Of a DNA stretch of 64,000 nt, positions 52,840 to 64,000 are shown in pieces. The DNA comes from Mustelus asterias (lineage: Eukaryota): the NCBI RefSeq assembly GCF_964213995.1, contig NW_027590680.1:62001-126000 (forward strand). The letters are read 5' to 3'. A model generated the notes under the pieces. The model had not been told where the DNA came from, searched no databases, and worked only from the letters and a program-made list of their open reading frames with translations. Made by a program: the position numbers and the translations under genes. The first letter of the stretch is position 1, and every line of letters starts with the position of its first letter.

Positions 52840-53250
52840 AGTTGCGCCTCCAATTTGGTACCAACAGGGTGCCCGGGAAGTTATTTTCCAGGGTTTGGAT
52901 TTGAACAACATGTTTACGAAGGCTCTCCACCCACCCGCCACATTCATCGCTCTCCGCGCGCCGCCCTTTACCTTGAACTGATCTTGGATCCGAGTTAAAA
53001 CCGTCCGTCCGCCGCCATTACCCGCACTGCGCATGCTTCAGACCCCTCCCCTATTCACTCTGGTTGGAGGACCAGCCTCTCCCGCTCGGTCCTCCAGCCC
53101 CGCCCCCTTTTCCTCTTGGCCCGGAACCGCCGTCAATCAGTCCCCGGGCATTGTGACGTTGGGCATGCGCAGTGCGGCTCATGCCCAGGGACCGGCGCTT
53201 GTTTGATCTTCAGGCGGGAAGGAGGCGGATAAGCGGAGGCAGCGTTAGGG
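52840..53250 (+). promoter_or_regulatory. CpG-island ZNF promoter, paralog of 5580-5990
   Basis: Extended similarity including ccattacccgcactgcgcatgcttcag and cagtccccgggcattgtga. Confidence 0.7.
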
Positions 53251-53617
53251 GCAGTGGGTGGGAGGGGAGGCTCCACACACCCAGTGGAGGCTTCAACACC
53301 CCCAATAAGGAACTAGCGGCACCGCCTCAACACCCAACACAACGGCAGCTGCAGCGCTTCCTCCCGGGGCCAGGCCCCAGTGGACAAATGTGGCTTCAGG
53401 AAGGAAATGCAGCAATGGGTTTGATTTGAATTATTATTGTCACATGGACTGGGATACAGTGAAAAGTATTGTTTCTTGCGCGGTGTACAGACAAAGCATA
53501 CTGTTCATAGAGTACATAGGGGAGTAGGAAAGGAGAGAGTGCAGAATGTAGTGTTACAGTTACAGAAAGGGTGAAGAGAAAGATCAGCTTAATATGAGGT
53601 AGGTCCATTCAAAAGGA

Positions 53618-54712
53618 GGAAGCTTTGGAGAAGGTACAGAAAAGATTTACCAGGATGTTGCCTGGTATGGAGGGCATTAGTTATGAGAAGAGGTTGGAGA
53701 AACTTGGTTTGTTCTCACTGGAACAACGGAGGTTGAGGGGTGAACTGATAGAATTCTACAAGATTATGAGGGGCATGGACAGAGTGGATAGTCAGAAGCT
53801 TTTTCCCAGGATGGAAGAGTCAATTACTAGGAGGCACAGGTTTAAGGTGTGAGGGGCAAGGTTTAATGGAGATGTTTGAGGCAAGTTTTTTACACATAGT
53901 CATAGAGGTTTACAGCGTGGAAACAGGTCCTTTGGCCAACTTGTCCATGCCACCCTTTTTTTTAAAAAACTTCTCAGCTAATCCCAATTGCCCGCATTTG
54001 GCCCATATCCCTCTATGCCCATTGTACCCATGTAACTATCTAAATGCTTTTTAAAAGACAAAATTGTACCCGCCTCTACTCCTACGTCTGGCAGCTTGTT
54101 CCAGACACTCACCACCCTCTGTGTGAAAAAATTGCCCCTCTGGACACTTTTGTATCTCTCCCCTCTCACCTTAAACCTATGCCCTCGAGTTTTAGACTCC
54201 CCTACCTTTGGGAAAAGATATTGACTATCTAGCTGATCTGTGCCCCTCATTATTTTATAGACCTCGACAAGATCAACCCTCAGCCTCCGACGCTCCAGAG
54301 AAAAAAGTCCCAGTCTATCCAGTCTCTCCTTATAACTCAATCCATCAAGTCCTGGTCGCATCCTAGTAAATCTTTTCTGCACTCTTTCTAGTTTAATAAT
54401 ATCCTTTCTATAATAGGGTGACCAGAATTACACACAGTATTCCAAGTGTGGCCTTACCAATGTCTTGTCCCACTTCAACAAGACATTCCAACTCCTGTAT
54501 TCAATGTTCTGACCGATGAAACCAAGCATGCCGAATGCCTTCTTCACCATTCTGTCCACCTGTGACTCCATTTTCAAGGAGCTATGAACATGTACCCCAA
54601 GATCTCTTTGTTCTGTAACTCTCCCCAACGCCCTACCATTAACTGAGTAAGTCCTGCCCTGGTTCAATCTACCAAAATGCATCACCTCGCATTTGTCTAA
54701 ATTAAACTCCAC
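53618..54712. mobile_element. Two CR1 fragments (53618-53895 plus strand, 53896-54712 minus strand)
   Basis: ORFs 53625-53852, 53978-54382, 54428-54718. Confidence 0.88.
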
Positions 54713-55194
54713 CCACAAGTGGTTCTGATGTTACAGAAAAATAACTTGGCAATAATAGTCAATTACAGCAAATCAGAAACCAGGAATGTTTCTAATCCTT
54801 CGTTGACGGACACATTCGCCAATTAAATCCTACCTTTTCACCCTTTCGCATTCGATGAAAAATTGACTTCTGCTAATCCTTTATTTGCATAGCATATCCC
54901 CATATCTCGCCTTTGGTATTTGCTATGGAGAAATCTGGCCTTGCTCACCCTCTGGTGAAGGCTGAAAAGCAGAATGTTATGGGGCCTACGCAGGTGAAGA
55001 TTATCCTGTTCATGCTGAAATAGCAGACACTGACTCCTTTGAAGGTCTGCAAGCCGATAAACATTTTCACTCGCTGTTGAAGAGAAGGCAGGAAACTTTA
55101 ATCTGAGCATTTCCACATAGTCAGCACTGCTTCGTGCATGTGTTAGAGTGGGCCAAGGCTGAGGCAGCTGTCCTATATATATTTATAGAGTGAG

Positions 55195-55370
55195 AATAGA
55201 CTAACATTTCGAGTCTGGATGACCCTTTGTCAGAGCTCTGATGAAGGGTCATCCAGATTTAAATGATGGCTCTATTCTCTCTCCACAGATGCTGTCAGAC
55301 CTGCTGACATTTTCCAGCATTTTCTGTTTTTGTTTCAGATTCCAGCATCTGCAATATTTTGCTTTTATAT
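55195..55370. mobile_element. Penelope family-2 foldback remnant
   Basis: tttcgagtctggatgaccctttgtcagag|ctctgatgaagggtcatccaga palindrome. Confidence 0.65.
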
Positions 55371-56400
55371 GTATTTATATATCCAAATGTGCTATGTTAA
55401 CAAAATGGACAGTTACTAACCGAAATATAAAGCATCATGTGATTTAGCTGACTTGACCATATTCCTATCGTTATTCAGTCATTAAAGACACAGTCATGGA
55501 ACATTAAACTTGCCGAGCAGGGCCCCTCGTATCAACACACAGGCAGCTGCTTTGTGAGACTGCGAGCAGCACAGACAAGTCAGAGATAAGTGTCTTGAGA
55601 AGAGAGATTCATTGTGATGGCTCAAAAACAGTTGATAAGGTGTAGCAATTCTATGATTCTAATGAACATTCTTTCCTCTCATTCCCCAAAAGCTGTAAAT
55701 CTCCATCCCACACACTCTCCCTCCATTCTCACTCTGCTGTATCTAATATTCACCCTCCCAATTCTCCTGAAGGTGCTGATTGAGGCTGATTGACAGATCC
55801 ATGCTCACTGCTTCCTGTCCACCACACACAAATCATAAGAAACAGGAGCTGCAGTTGGCCATTCAGCCCATCGAACTGCCTCAACCATTCATTGAGAATT
55901 GGCTGATCTATCGCAGCATCATTTCCCACGCTATCCCCCAGATAGAGAGAGAATAGAGCCAATGTTTCGAGTCTGGAGAGAGGAAAGAATGTTCCATAGA
56001 AACTAGAATTGTGTGTTCTGAATTTCTATCCTGCACTGACACTGATGATCTCTGCAAACATGTTTTACAGGATACTGAAAGAGGAATCACCGGCTGAAAT
56101 CTCAAACATCACATCTAGATCTGACAGAGTCATATTCCTTAGGACCTGAATATCATCGGCATTTGAATCGAGGAGAAATGCTTGTCCGGTCTGATGACTT
56201 GAAAAGATTTCAAACATCAGTGTGACTGGAAAAGTGCCAACACGCTGCCAGACTGGAGTGAGTGTGTTCCAGTGCACTGAGCTTGAACCAGTTACACAGC
56301 CTGAATAAATATCACACCATTCACAGTGGGGGGAGGGGTGAGGGGACTGTTCTGTGTGTGGATGAGCCTTCAACTGAAGAGAGGAAAGGACACCTGCACC

Positions 56401-57395
56401 ATGGAGAAACCATGGAAATGTAGGGACTGTGGGAAGGGATACAGAGCCCCATCAGAGCTGGAAGCTCATCGGCGCAGCCACACTGGGGAGAGACCAGTGT
56501 GGGGAGGGATTCAGTCATTTATCCAGCCTGCAGACACACCAGCGTGTTCACACTGGGGAGAGACCATTTATTTGCTCTCAGTGTGGGGAGGGATTCACTC
56601 GATTATCCCAACTGCAGACACACCAGCGAGTTCACACTGGGGAGAGGCCCTTCAGCTGCTCTCAGTGTGGGAAGGGATTCACTCAGTTATCCGTCCTGCA
56701 GACACACCAGCGAGTTCATACTGGGGAGAAACCGTTCACCTGCTCTCAGTGTGAGAAGGGGTTCAGTCAATTATCTAACCTGCAGACGCACCAGCGTGTT
56801 CACACTGGGGAGAGACCGTTCACCTGCTCTCAGTGTGGGAAGGGATTCACTCGGTTATCCAGCCTGCAGTCACACCAGCGAGTTCACACTGGGGAGAGGC
56901 CATTCACCTGCCCTCAGTGTGGGAAGGGGTTCAGTCGATTATCTGACCTGCAGATGCACCTGCGTGTTCACACTGGGGAGAGACCGTTCACCTGCTCTGT
57001 GTGAGAAGGCATTCACTGATTCATCCACCCTGCGGAGACACCAGCGAGTTCACACTGGGGAGAGGCCGTTCACCTGCTCTCAGTGTGGGAAGGGATTCAC
57101 TCATTTATCCACCCTGCGGAGACACCAGCGAGTTCACACTGGGGAGAGGCCGTTCACCTGCTCTCAGTGTGGGGAGGGGTTCGGTCAATTATCTAACCTG
57201 CAGAGACACCAGCGAGTTCACACTGGGGAGAGACCATTCACCTGCTCTCCGTGTGGGAAGGGATTCAGTCAATTATCTGACCTGCAGATACACCAGCACA
57301 TTCACACTGGGGAGAGACCATTCACCTGCTCTCAGTGTGGGAAGGGATTCAGTCAATTATCTAACCTGCTAAAACACCAAAAAGTTCATGAGTGA
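56401..57395 (+). pseudogene. C2H2 ZNF pseudogene (~12 fingers), same subfamily as 333-1007
   Basis: Fingers split over three frames by deletions at ~56496 and ~56998; 3' UTR is the reverse complement of 124-332. Confidence 0.82.
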
Positions 57396-58844
57396 TTCCA
57401 GGGGTTGGATTCTGCTGTTATTGTTTCAGCTCTCAATTACATCCAGGACTGCATTTTGTTCATTCTCACAGTTAGTCAATGGGGAGGGTCGGAGGGTTTC
57501 TTTCTGCTGGACTGGCCGGTCTCACAACTGCCTCCAGTGGGCTGATGCTCTTTGAGTCTTGTTGCGAATACCTTGTTTTAAATTTCACAAGGATCACAGA
57601 GTGACAGGGTGTGAGGAAGTTAAGCGATATTTAATCAGCATTTCTGTTTGAAACCTCCCAATGCCCATCCAATTTCCTTTGTTCTTGTTTATTGTCTCCA
57701 CTTCCTCCACCCTCGTAGGCAGCGAGTTCCAGGTCATTACCATTCACTGCATCAAAATATTCTTCCTCACATCCGCGCCCCCCTGCCCCCTGCATCTCTG
57801 ACCCAAAACCATAAATCTGTGTCCCCCCTCGTCCCTTCTCCTGTCAGCTAATGGGAACAGCTTTTCTTTGTCCACCTTATCTAAACCTGTCAGAATCTTG
57901 TCCACATCTATCAAATCTCCCCTCAACCTCCTTTGCTCCAAGAGGAACAACCCCAGCCTGACATTGACAATAAAGAACAAACTAACAGAATATGTTAATA
58001 CCTGAAATCAAATGGGAATGTTCAATTTCTGTTTTTAAGAAATTATGAATATATTGTCCTGGACAATAAAGGGATTTGAATAACTCAGCTTGGGTGCAGT
58101 TGAATGAAATGTACCAATCTCGTATCCACCCACAGTCTAGAGGAAATGTGGAATGTGTAGCTGGAAATCCCTCCCTAACAGCTCTGTGGGTGTACTTACA
58201 CCTTAGGCATTGTAGCAGTTCAGGAAGGCAGTGTTGGCGCTGATCGTGGCCGAGGCAGCTACATACAGCCACATATTCTGTTATAATTGAAGGACAGCAG
58301 ATTGAATGTGAGGCATTATGGGACTGCACTATCTTGACCACATTCTTGTGACTGCTCAGTTTCTGCAATCATGAACCATTCCGAACAGTATATCTAAATC
58401 TCTAACCACAGAATGTGTGGCTGCTTTGATTTAGAAATCTCCAGGCCCACCAAGTTCAAACCAGGCAGATCAGCAGTCAGAAATAGTGGCAATAGCCAAA
58501 CTGTGAATCGTCTTACTGAATTTCAATGGGAACAGAGGACCAGGTGAGAATATTTACTCAGAATGAGTTAGAATTAAACTTATTCCAGGACGGGCTGGTG
58601 TTCAGTGGCTGAGATTCCCGAATCTGTTAAAAGGGGGTCTGACCAATCAACAAACAGTGGTCGGTAGTTCGGTAAGAAGCGTTCTCATGCATTATTTGAA
58701 TTATTTTATCATAAATTTGTGATCAGAACTGTGAGGGACTTGTAACCCAATAGTTGTTGAATTGACGGTAAACTCCAAGTAGCACTGGACTGAAAAGGGG
58801 GTCTGACCAAGAAGTGAAGTGATCTCAGGCATTGTTTAAATTAC

Positions 58845-59283
58845 ATCATCATTGGCCAACTTCCCCTTTGTGACGTCACAGTGGAGTCGTCCCTGAATCA
58901 GCCAATAGGAATCACTCTGCTCCGCGGTGACACCCCGGGTTCCAGTGAGCAGGCCCGGGCGCGCGGACCTGGGAGCCCCGCCCCCACCCATTGTTCCCCT
59001 CCCCCTACACCACATTGAGCCAAGGTTTCCAGGCAACCGGCTGACGGCTCCGGCCAGAGTGAGAAGCCACTCGGTGAGCTCCCCCTCCCCCCGGCCCGGG
59101 ACTGCGCATGTCCAAGGGAGAGGGAAGCTGCGAATTGCAGGGCAGATCCCACCCCCCGACCTTCTTTGGGATTGACGAACGAGTTGGAGGACTGGAAGGA
59201 GTTTGGCCAATCAGAGCGCGGGCTTTGTGTGAATGAAGATTGAGCTTCAGACAGACTCAAACTTCCTCCTGTCGCCAACATCT
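58845..59283 (+). promoter_or_regulatory. CpG-island promoter and putative non-coding exon 1
   Basis: gtgacgtcac CRE at ~58870, CCAAT boxes, actgcgcatg, then ...ccaacatct|gtgagt donor consensus at 59284. Confidence 0.6.
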
Positions 59284-59289
59284 GTGAGT

Positions 59290-60529
59290 GGGAAAGATTG
59301 GATTGTCCAGCCAGTCCACCATGTTGGCCGTTCGCTTTGCGTGTTGGCCAGTATAGTGTGCTCCAGGCAGGGGGCGAGCAGAGGATAAGGAGTTCAAGGC
59401 GGGCTTAATGCGCGCCTTGCGGTGAGCTTTTGGAAATGTGGCCGCTGGGAGGAACGCCTTGGTCGGCGTGAAGTTTCTGTTTCAAGTGCTTGGGTTCGTG
59501 ACTTGTGCAAGAACTTTTTGTTTCGGCTGGGGCTTGTTGAATGCTGCTCTCGCTGGGATTCCTGTGCCTTGAAAGGCGTGGCCCAGGGAGATGCAATCTC
59601 GGAAGACCCAAGCCAGGGAGGAGCCATTTTGGAACTATGGTTTCGGAAGGTTCAGCCGCGGAAGGTGTGACCCCAGACGGTGCAGCCCCAGTGGGTGTGA
59701 TTTTGGAAGATCTGGCCCGGAGTGGTGGACTTTGGAGGACTGCAGTTGAGCGTTGTCGACTTCGGACGGTGGAATGTTGATGGGCGAAGCTCTGGAAGGC
59801 GATGCCTCCGAAATGTTTCACAATTGTATGGTTGTTCATGGATTGTTTGTTATTGTAATATGTGGTTTTCCTGTTATGGTAGTTGGTGGTTTGTTCCGGC
59901 CCCCGTCTATTTTCTTGCGTTATTTGTGGCCTGGGGGGCATCCCCCCCTGGATAAAGTCACCCCCGGGGGGTGTGACATCCACTTGGGGAAAGTTCTGGG
60001 TGGTGAAGCCCCGGATATAGTAACACCAGAGGGATTTTTATTCTCCGGGAGAAAAATTGGGAAGGCAGGCCCGAACTGAGTACCCTGGAGAGACTCTCCC
60101 ACCGCCCCGGCTGAAATTCCGGAAGGGATTCCGGATTGAGTAGGCGGGGTGGTCTCCCCGATTTCCCCCCTCCGGCTGAACATCCGTAAGGTGTAACCCC
60201 CGGATATGAGTACCACTGGAGGGTTGCATCCCCCGGCAGGTGGACAAACCCAGGGGACGGTGCCCTTATGCTTCAGTGTTTATTTTTTGTTGTGTACAGT
60301 TGTAGTGTTGTGTTAATGTTTGTAGATTTGTAGATTATGATTTGTAAATGGAGGTGTATTTTGAGGGCAATGCCCTGGAAAACTGTAATTGACGATGAAC
60401 CCTTCCGAAATGGAAGGTAGTAACTGATAAATGGATGGCGTTAGCCATTGGTAATGTATTTTTTCACATTTGTTCTTTGTGCATTTGTAATTGTTTTGTA
60501 TTAACGTATTTGTAATAAACAAAAAGAAA
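59290..60529 (+). mobile_element. Unclassified non-coding A-tailed element, copy 1 (one structured module)
   Basis: Bounded by ccaacatctgtgagt at 59275-59289 and 60530-60544; ends aataaacaaaaagaaa. Confidence 0.6.
59928..60455 (+). ncRNA. Predicted structured RNA module with five GAA/AGUA loop E-type hairpins
   Basis: GAA/AGUA pairs at 60005/60019, 60051/60079, 60113/60139, 60178/60209, 60397/60419 inside stems; pairing-preserving substitutions in module B. Confidence 0.65.
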
Positions 60530-60544
60530 CCAACATCTGTGAGT

Positions 60545-62397
60545 GGGAAAGATTGGATTGTCCAGCCAGTCCACCATGTTGGCCGTTCGCTTTGCGTGTT
60601 GGCCAGTATAGTGTGCTCCAGGCAGGGGGCGAGCAGAGGATAAGGAGTTCAAGGCGGGCTTAATGCGCGCCTTGCGGTGAGCTTTTGGAAATGTGGCCGC
60701 TGGGAGGAACGCCTTGGTCGGCGTGAAGTTTCTGTTTCAAGTGCTTGGGTTCGTGACTTGTGCAAGAACTTTTTGTTTCGGCTGGGGCTTGTTGAATGCT
60801 GCTCTCGCTGGGATTCCTGTGCCTTGAAAGGCGTGGCCCAGGTAGATGCAATCTCGGAAGACCCAAGCCAGGGAGGAGCCATTTGGGAACTATGGTTTCG
60901 GAAGGTTCAGCCGCGGAAGGTGTGACCCCAGACGGTGCAGCCCCAGTGGGTGTGATTTTGGAAGATCTGGCCCGGAGTGGTGGACTTTGGAGGACTGTAG
61001 TTGAGCTTTGTCGACTTCGGACGGTGGAATGTTGATGGGCGAAGCTCTGGAAGGCGATGCCTCCGAAATGTTTCACAATTGTATGGTTGTTCATGGATTG
61101 TTTGTTATTGTAATATGTGGTTTTTCTGTTATGATAGTTGGTGGTTTGTTCCGGCCCCCGTCTATTTTCTTGCGTTATTTGTGGCCTGGGGGGCATCCCC
61201 CCCTGGATAAAGTCACCCCCGGGGGGTGTGACATCCACTTGGGGAAAGTTCTGGGTGGTGAAGCCCCGGATATAGTAACACCAGAGGGATTTTATTCTCC
61301 GGGAGAAAAATTGGGAAGGCAGGCCCGAACTGAGTACCCTGGAGAGACTCTCCCACCGCCCCGGCTGAAATTCCGGAAGGGATTCCGGATTGAGTAGGTT
61401 CGGGGTGGTTTCCCCATTTCCCCCCTCCGGCTGAACATCCGTAAGGTGTAACCCCCGGATATGAGTACCACTGGAGGGTTGCATCCCCCGGCAGGTGGAC
61501 AAACCCAGGGGACGGTGCCCTTATGCTTCAGTGTTTATTTTTTGTTGTGTACAGTTGTAGTGTTGTGTTAATGTTTGTAGATTTGTAGATTATGATTTGT
61601 AAATGGAGGTGTATTTTGAGGGCAATGCCCTGGAAAACTGTAATTGATGATGAACCCTTCCGAAATGGAAGGTAGTAATTGATAAATGGATGGTGTTAGC
61701 CATCGGTAATGTATTTTTCAGATTTGTTCTTTGTTCATTTGTAATTGTTTTGTAATATCGTGTTTGTACTAACCAACGGAAAATCTTTGCATTGTTTGTG
61801 GCCTGGGGGGTATCCCCCCCCCTCCCCTCCCCTCCCCTGGATAGAGTGACCCCCGGGGGGTGTGACATCCAGTTGGGGAAAGTGTCTGGGGCACCCAGAG
61901 GGGTAACACCGGGGGGGGTTTTGTTCTCCGGGAGAAAAATTGGGAAGGCAGGCCGAATTGAGTATCCCGGAGAGCTTTTCCCACCGCCCCAGCCGAAAAT
62001 CCGGAAGGCAGTCCGGATTGAGTAGGTTCGGGGTGGGTTTCCTGTCCCCCCGCCTCCAGTCGAACATCCGTCAGGTGGAACCCCCGGACCTGAGTACCTC
62101 TGGAGGGTTGCATCCCCCGGCAGGGGAAAAACCCGGGAGGCGGTGCCCTGGAGGGCGGCGGATATGCTGCAATGTTTATTCTTGTTGTGTTGTACTAATG
62201 TTTGTCACTTTGTAGATTATGATTTGTAATTGGAGGTGTATTGAGAGGGCAATGCCCTGGAAAACTATGACCGTTAGTGAACCCTTCCGAAATAGAAGAT
62301 AGTAACTGATAAATGGATGGCGTTAGCCATTGGTAATGTATTTTTTGTGTATTTGTAATTGCTTTGTATTAACGTATTTGTAATAAACAAAAAGAAA
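60545..62397 (+). mobile_element. Same element, copy 2 (modules A ~61180-61790 and B ~61797-62397)
   Basis: Near-identical to copy 1 plus a second diverged ~610-bp module; followed by ccaacatctgtgagt at 62398-62412. Confidence 0.6.
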
Positions 62398-62412
62398 CCA
62401 ACATCTGTGAGT

Positions 62413-64000
62413 GGGAAAGATTGGATTGTCCAGCCAGTCCACCATGTTGGCCATTCGCTTTGCGTGTTGGCCAGTATAGTGTGCTCCAGGCAGGGGGCGA
62501 GCAGAGGATAAGGAGTTCAAGGCGGGCTTAATGCGCGCCTTGCGGTGAGCTTTTGGAAATGTGGCCGCTGGGAGGAACGCCTTGGTCGGCGTGAAGTTTC
62601 TGTTTCAAGTGCTTGGGTTCGTGACTTGTGCAAGAACTTTTTGTTTCGGCTGGGGCTTGTTGAATGCTGCTCTCGCTGGGATTCCTGTGCCTTGAAAGGC
62701 GTGGCCCAGGGAGATGCAATCTCGGAAGACCCAAGCCAGGGAGGAGCCATTTTGGAACTATGGTTTCGGAAGGTTCAGCCGCGGAAGGTGTGACCCCAGA
62801 CGGTGCAGCCCCAGTGGGTGTGATTTTGGAAGATCTGGCCCGGAGTGGTGGACTTTGGAGGACTGTAGTTGAGCGTTGTCGACTTCGGACGGTGGAATGT
62901 TGATGGGCGAAGCTCTGGAAGGCGATGCCTCCGAAATGTTTCACAATTGTATGGTTGTTCATGGATTGTTTGTTATTGTAATATGTGGTTTTCCTGTTAT
63001 GGTAGTTGGTGTTTTGTTCCGGCCCCCGTCTATTTTCTTGCGTTATTTGTGGCCTGGGGGGCATCCCCCCCTGGATAGAGTCACCCCCGGGGGGTGTGAC
63101 ATCCACTTGGGAAAAGTTCTGGGTGGTGAAGCCCCGGACATAGTAACACCAGAGGGATTTTTATTCTCCGGGAGAAAAATTGGGAAGGCAGGCCCGAACT
63201 GAGTACCCTGGAGAGACTCTCCCACCGCCCCGGCTGAAATTCCGGAAGGGATTCCGGATTGAGTAGGCGGGGTGGTTTCCCCCATTTCCCCCCTCCGGCT
63301 GAACATCCGTAAGGTGTAACCCCCGGATATGAGTACCACTGGAGGGTTGCATCCCCCGGCAGGTGGACAAACCCAGGGGACGGTGCCCTTATGCTTCAGT
63401 GTTTATTTTTTGTTGTGTATAGTTGTAGTGTTGTGTTAATGTTTGTAGATTTGTAGATTATGATTTGTAAATGGAGGTGTATTTTGAGGGCAATGCCCTG
63501 GAAAACTGTAATTGATGATGAACCCTTCCGAAATGGAAGGTAGTAATTGATAAATGGATGGTGTTAGCCATCGGTAATGTATTTTTCAGATTTGTTCTTT
63601 GTTTATTTGTAATTGTTTTGTAATATCGTGTTTGTACTCACCAACGGAAAATCTTTGCATTGTTTGTGGCCTGGGGGGTATCCCCCCCCCCCCCCTGGAT
63701 AGAGTGACCCCCGGGGGGTGTGACATCCAGTTGGGGAAAGTGTCCGGGGCACCCAGAGGGGTAACACCGGGGGGGGTTTTGTTCTCCGGGAGAAAAATTG
63801 GGAAGGCAGGCCGAATTGAGTATCCCGGAGAGCTTTTCCCACCGCCCCAGCCGAAAATCCGGAAGGCAGTCCGGATTGAGTAGGTTCGGGGTGGTTTTCC
63901 TGTCCCCCCGCCTCCAGTCGAACATCCGTCAGGTGGAACCCCCGGACCTGAGTACCTCTGGAGGGTTGCATCCCCCGGCAGGGGAAAAACCCGGGAGGCG
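62413..64000 (+). mobile_element. Same element, copy 3 (two modules, cut by the window edge)
   Basis: Near-identical to copy 2. Confidence 0.6.

Noticed and set aside
59928-60270. 5S rRNA or 5S-derived SINE array
   Set aside because: Only the loop E motif is shared; there is no 5S primary sequence, and the strand order of GAA and AGUA is reversed relative to 5S.
60338-60451. Small minus-strand ORF MANAIHLSVTTFHFGRVHRQLQFSRALPSKYTSIYKS
   Set aside because: It is interrupted by a stop in module B, while the + strand hairpins are retained.
59405-63106. Minus-strand 192-280 aa ORFs in the tandem element as viral or transposase genes
   Set aside because: No recognisable domain, frameshifts differ between copies and modules, and the substitution pattern fits + strand RNA structure instead.
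59290-64000. Integrated concatemer of a delta-like or retrozyme circular RNA
   Set aside because: By eye I found no hammerhead, HDV or hairpin ribozyme core, no full rod-like complementarity and no delta-antigen-like ORF; not formally excluded without an Infernal search.

Overview
Vertebrate genomic DNA, almost certainly from a cartilaginous fish (many HE1-type tRNA SINEs, HER1/CR1 LINEs and a SacSINE1/DeuSINE-like copy). The window is a cluster of about 11 tandem C2H2 zinc-finger genes and pseudogenes on both strands, with no KRAB domain visible. They have a shared family of CpG-rich promoters and are heavily interspersed with CR1, L2, Rex/Babar-like and Penelope retroelements. Many Penelope ends carry minimal hammerhead ribozyme cores. 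The most unusual feature is at 59275-64000: a head-to-tail array of a non-coding 1.24-1.85 kb element with an A-rich tail. Each copy is preceded by the same 15-mer, which spans a putative exon-1 splice donor. Each copy carries one or two diverged ~600-nt modules predicted to fold into a series of hairpins with GAA/AGUA (loop E, sarcin-ricin type) internal loops, and substitutions between modules preserve the pairing. I interpret it as a candidate site-specific, non-autonomous retroposon built around a highly structured RNA. Repeat boundaries were estimated by eye and are approximate.
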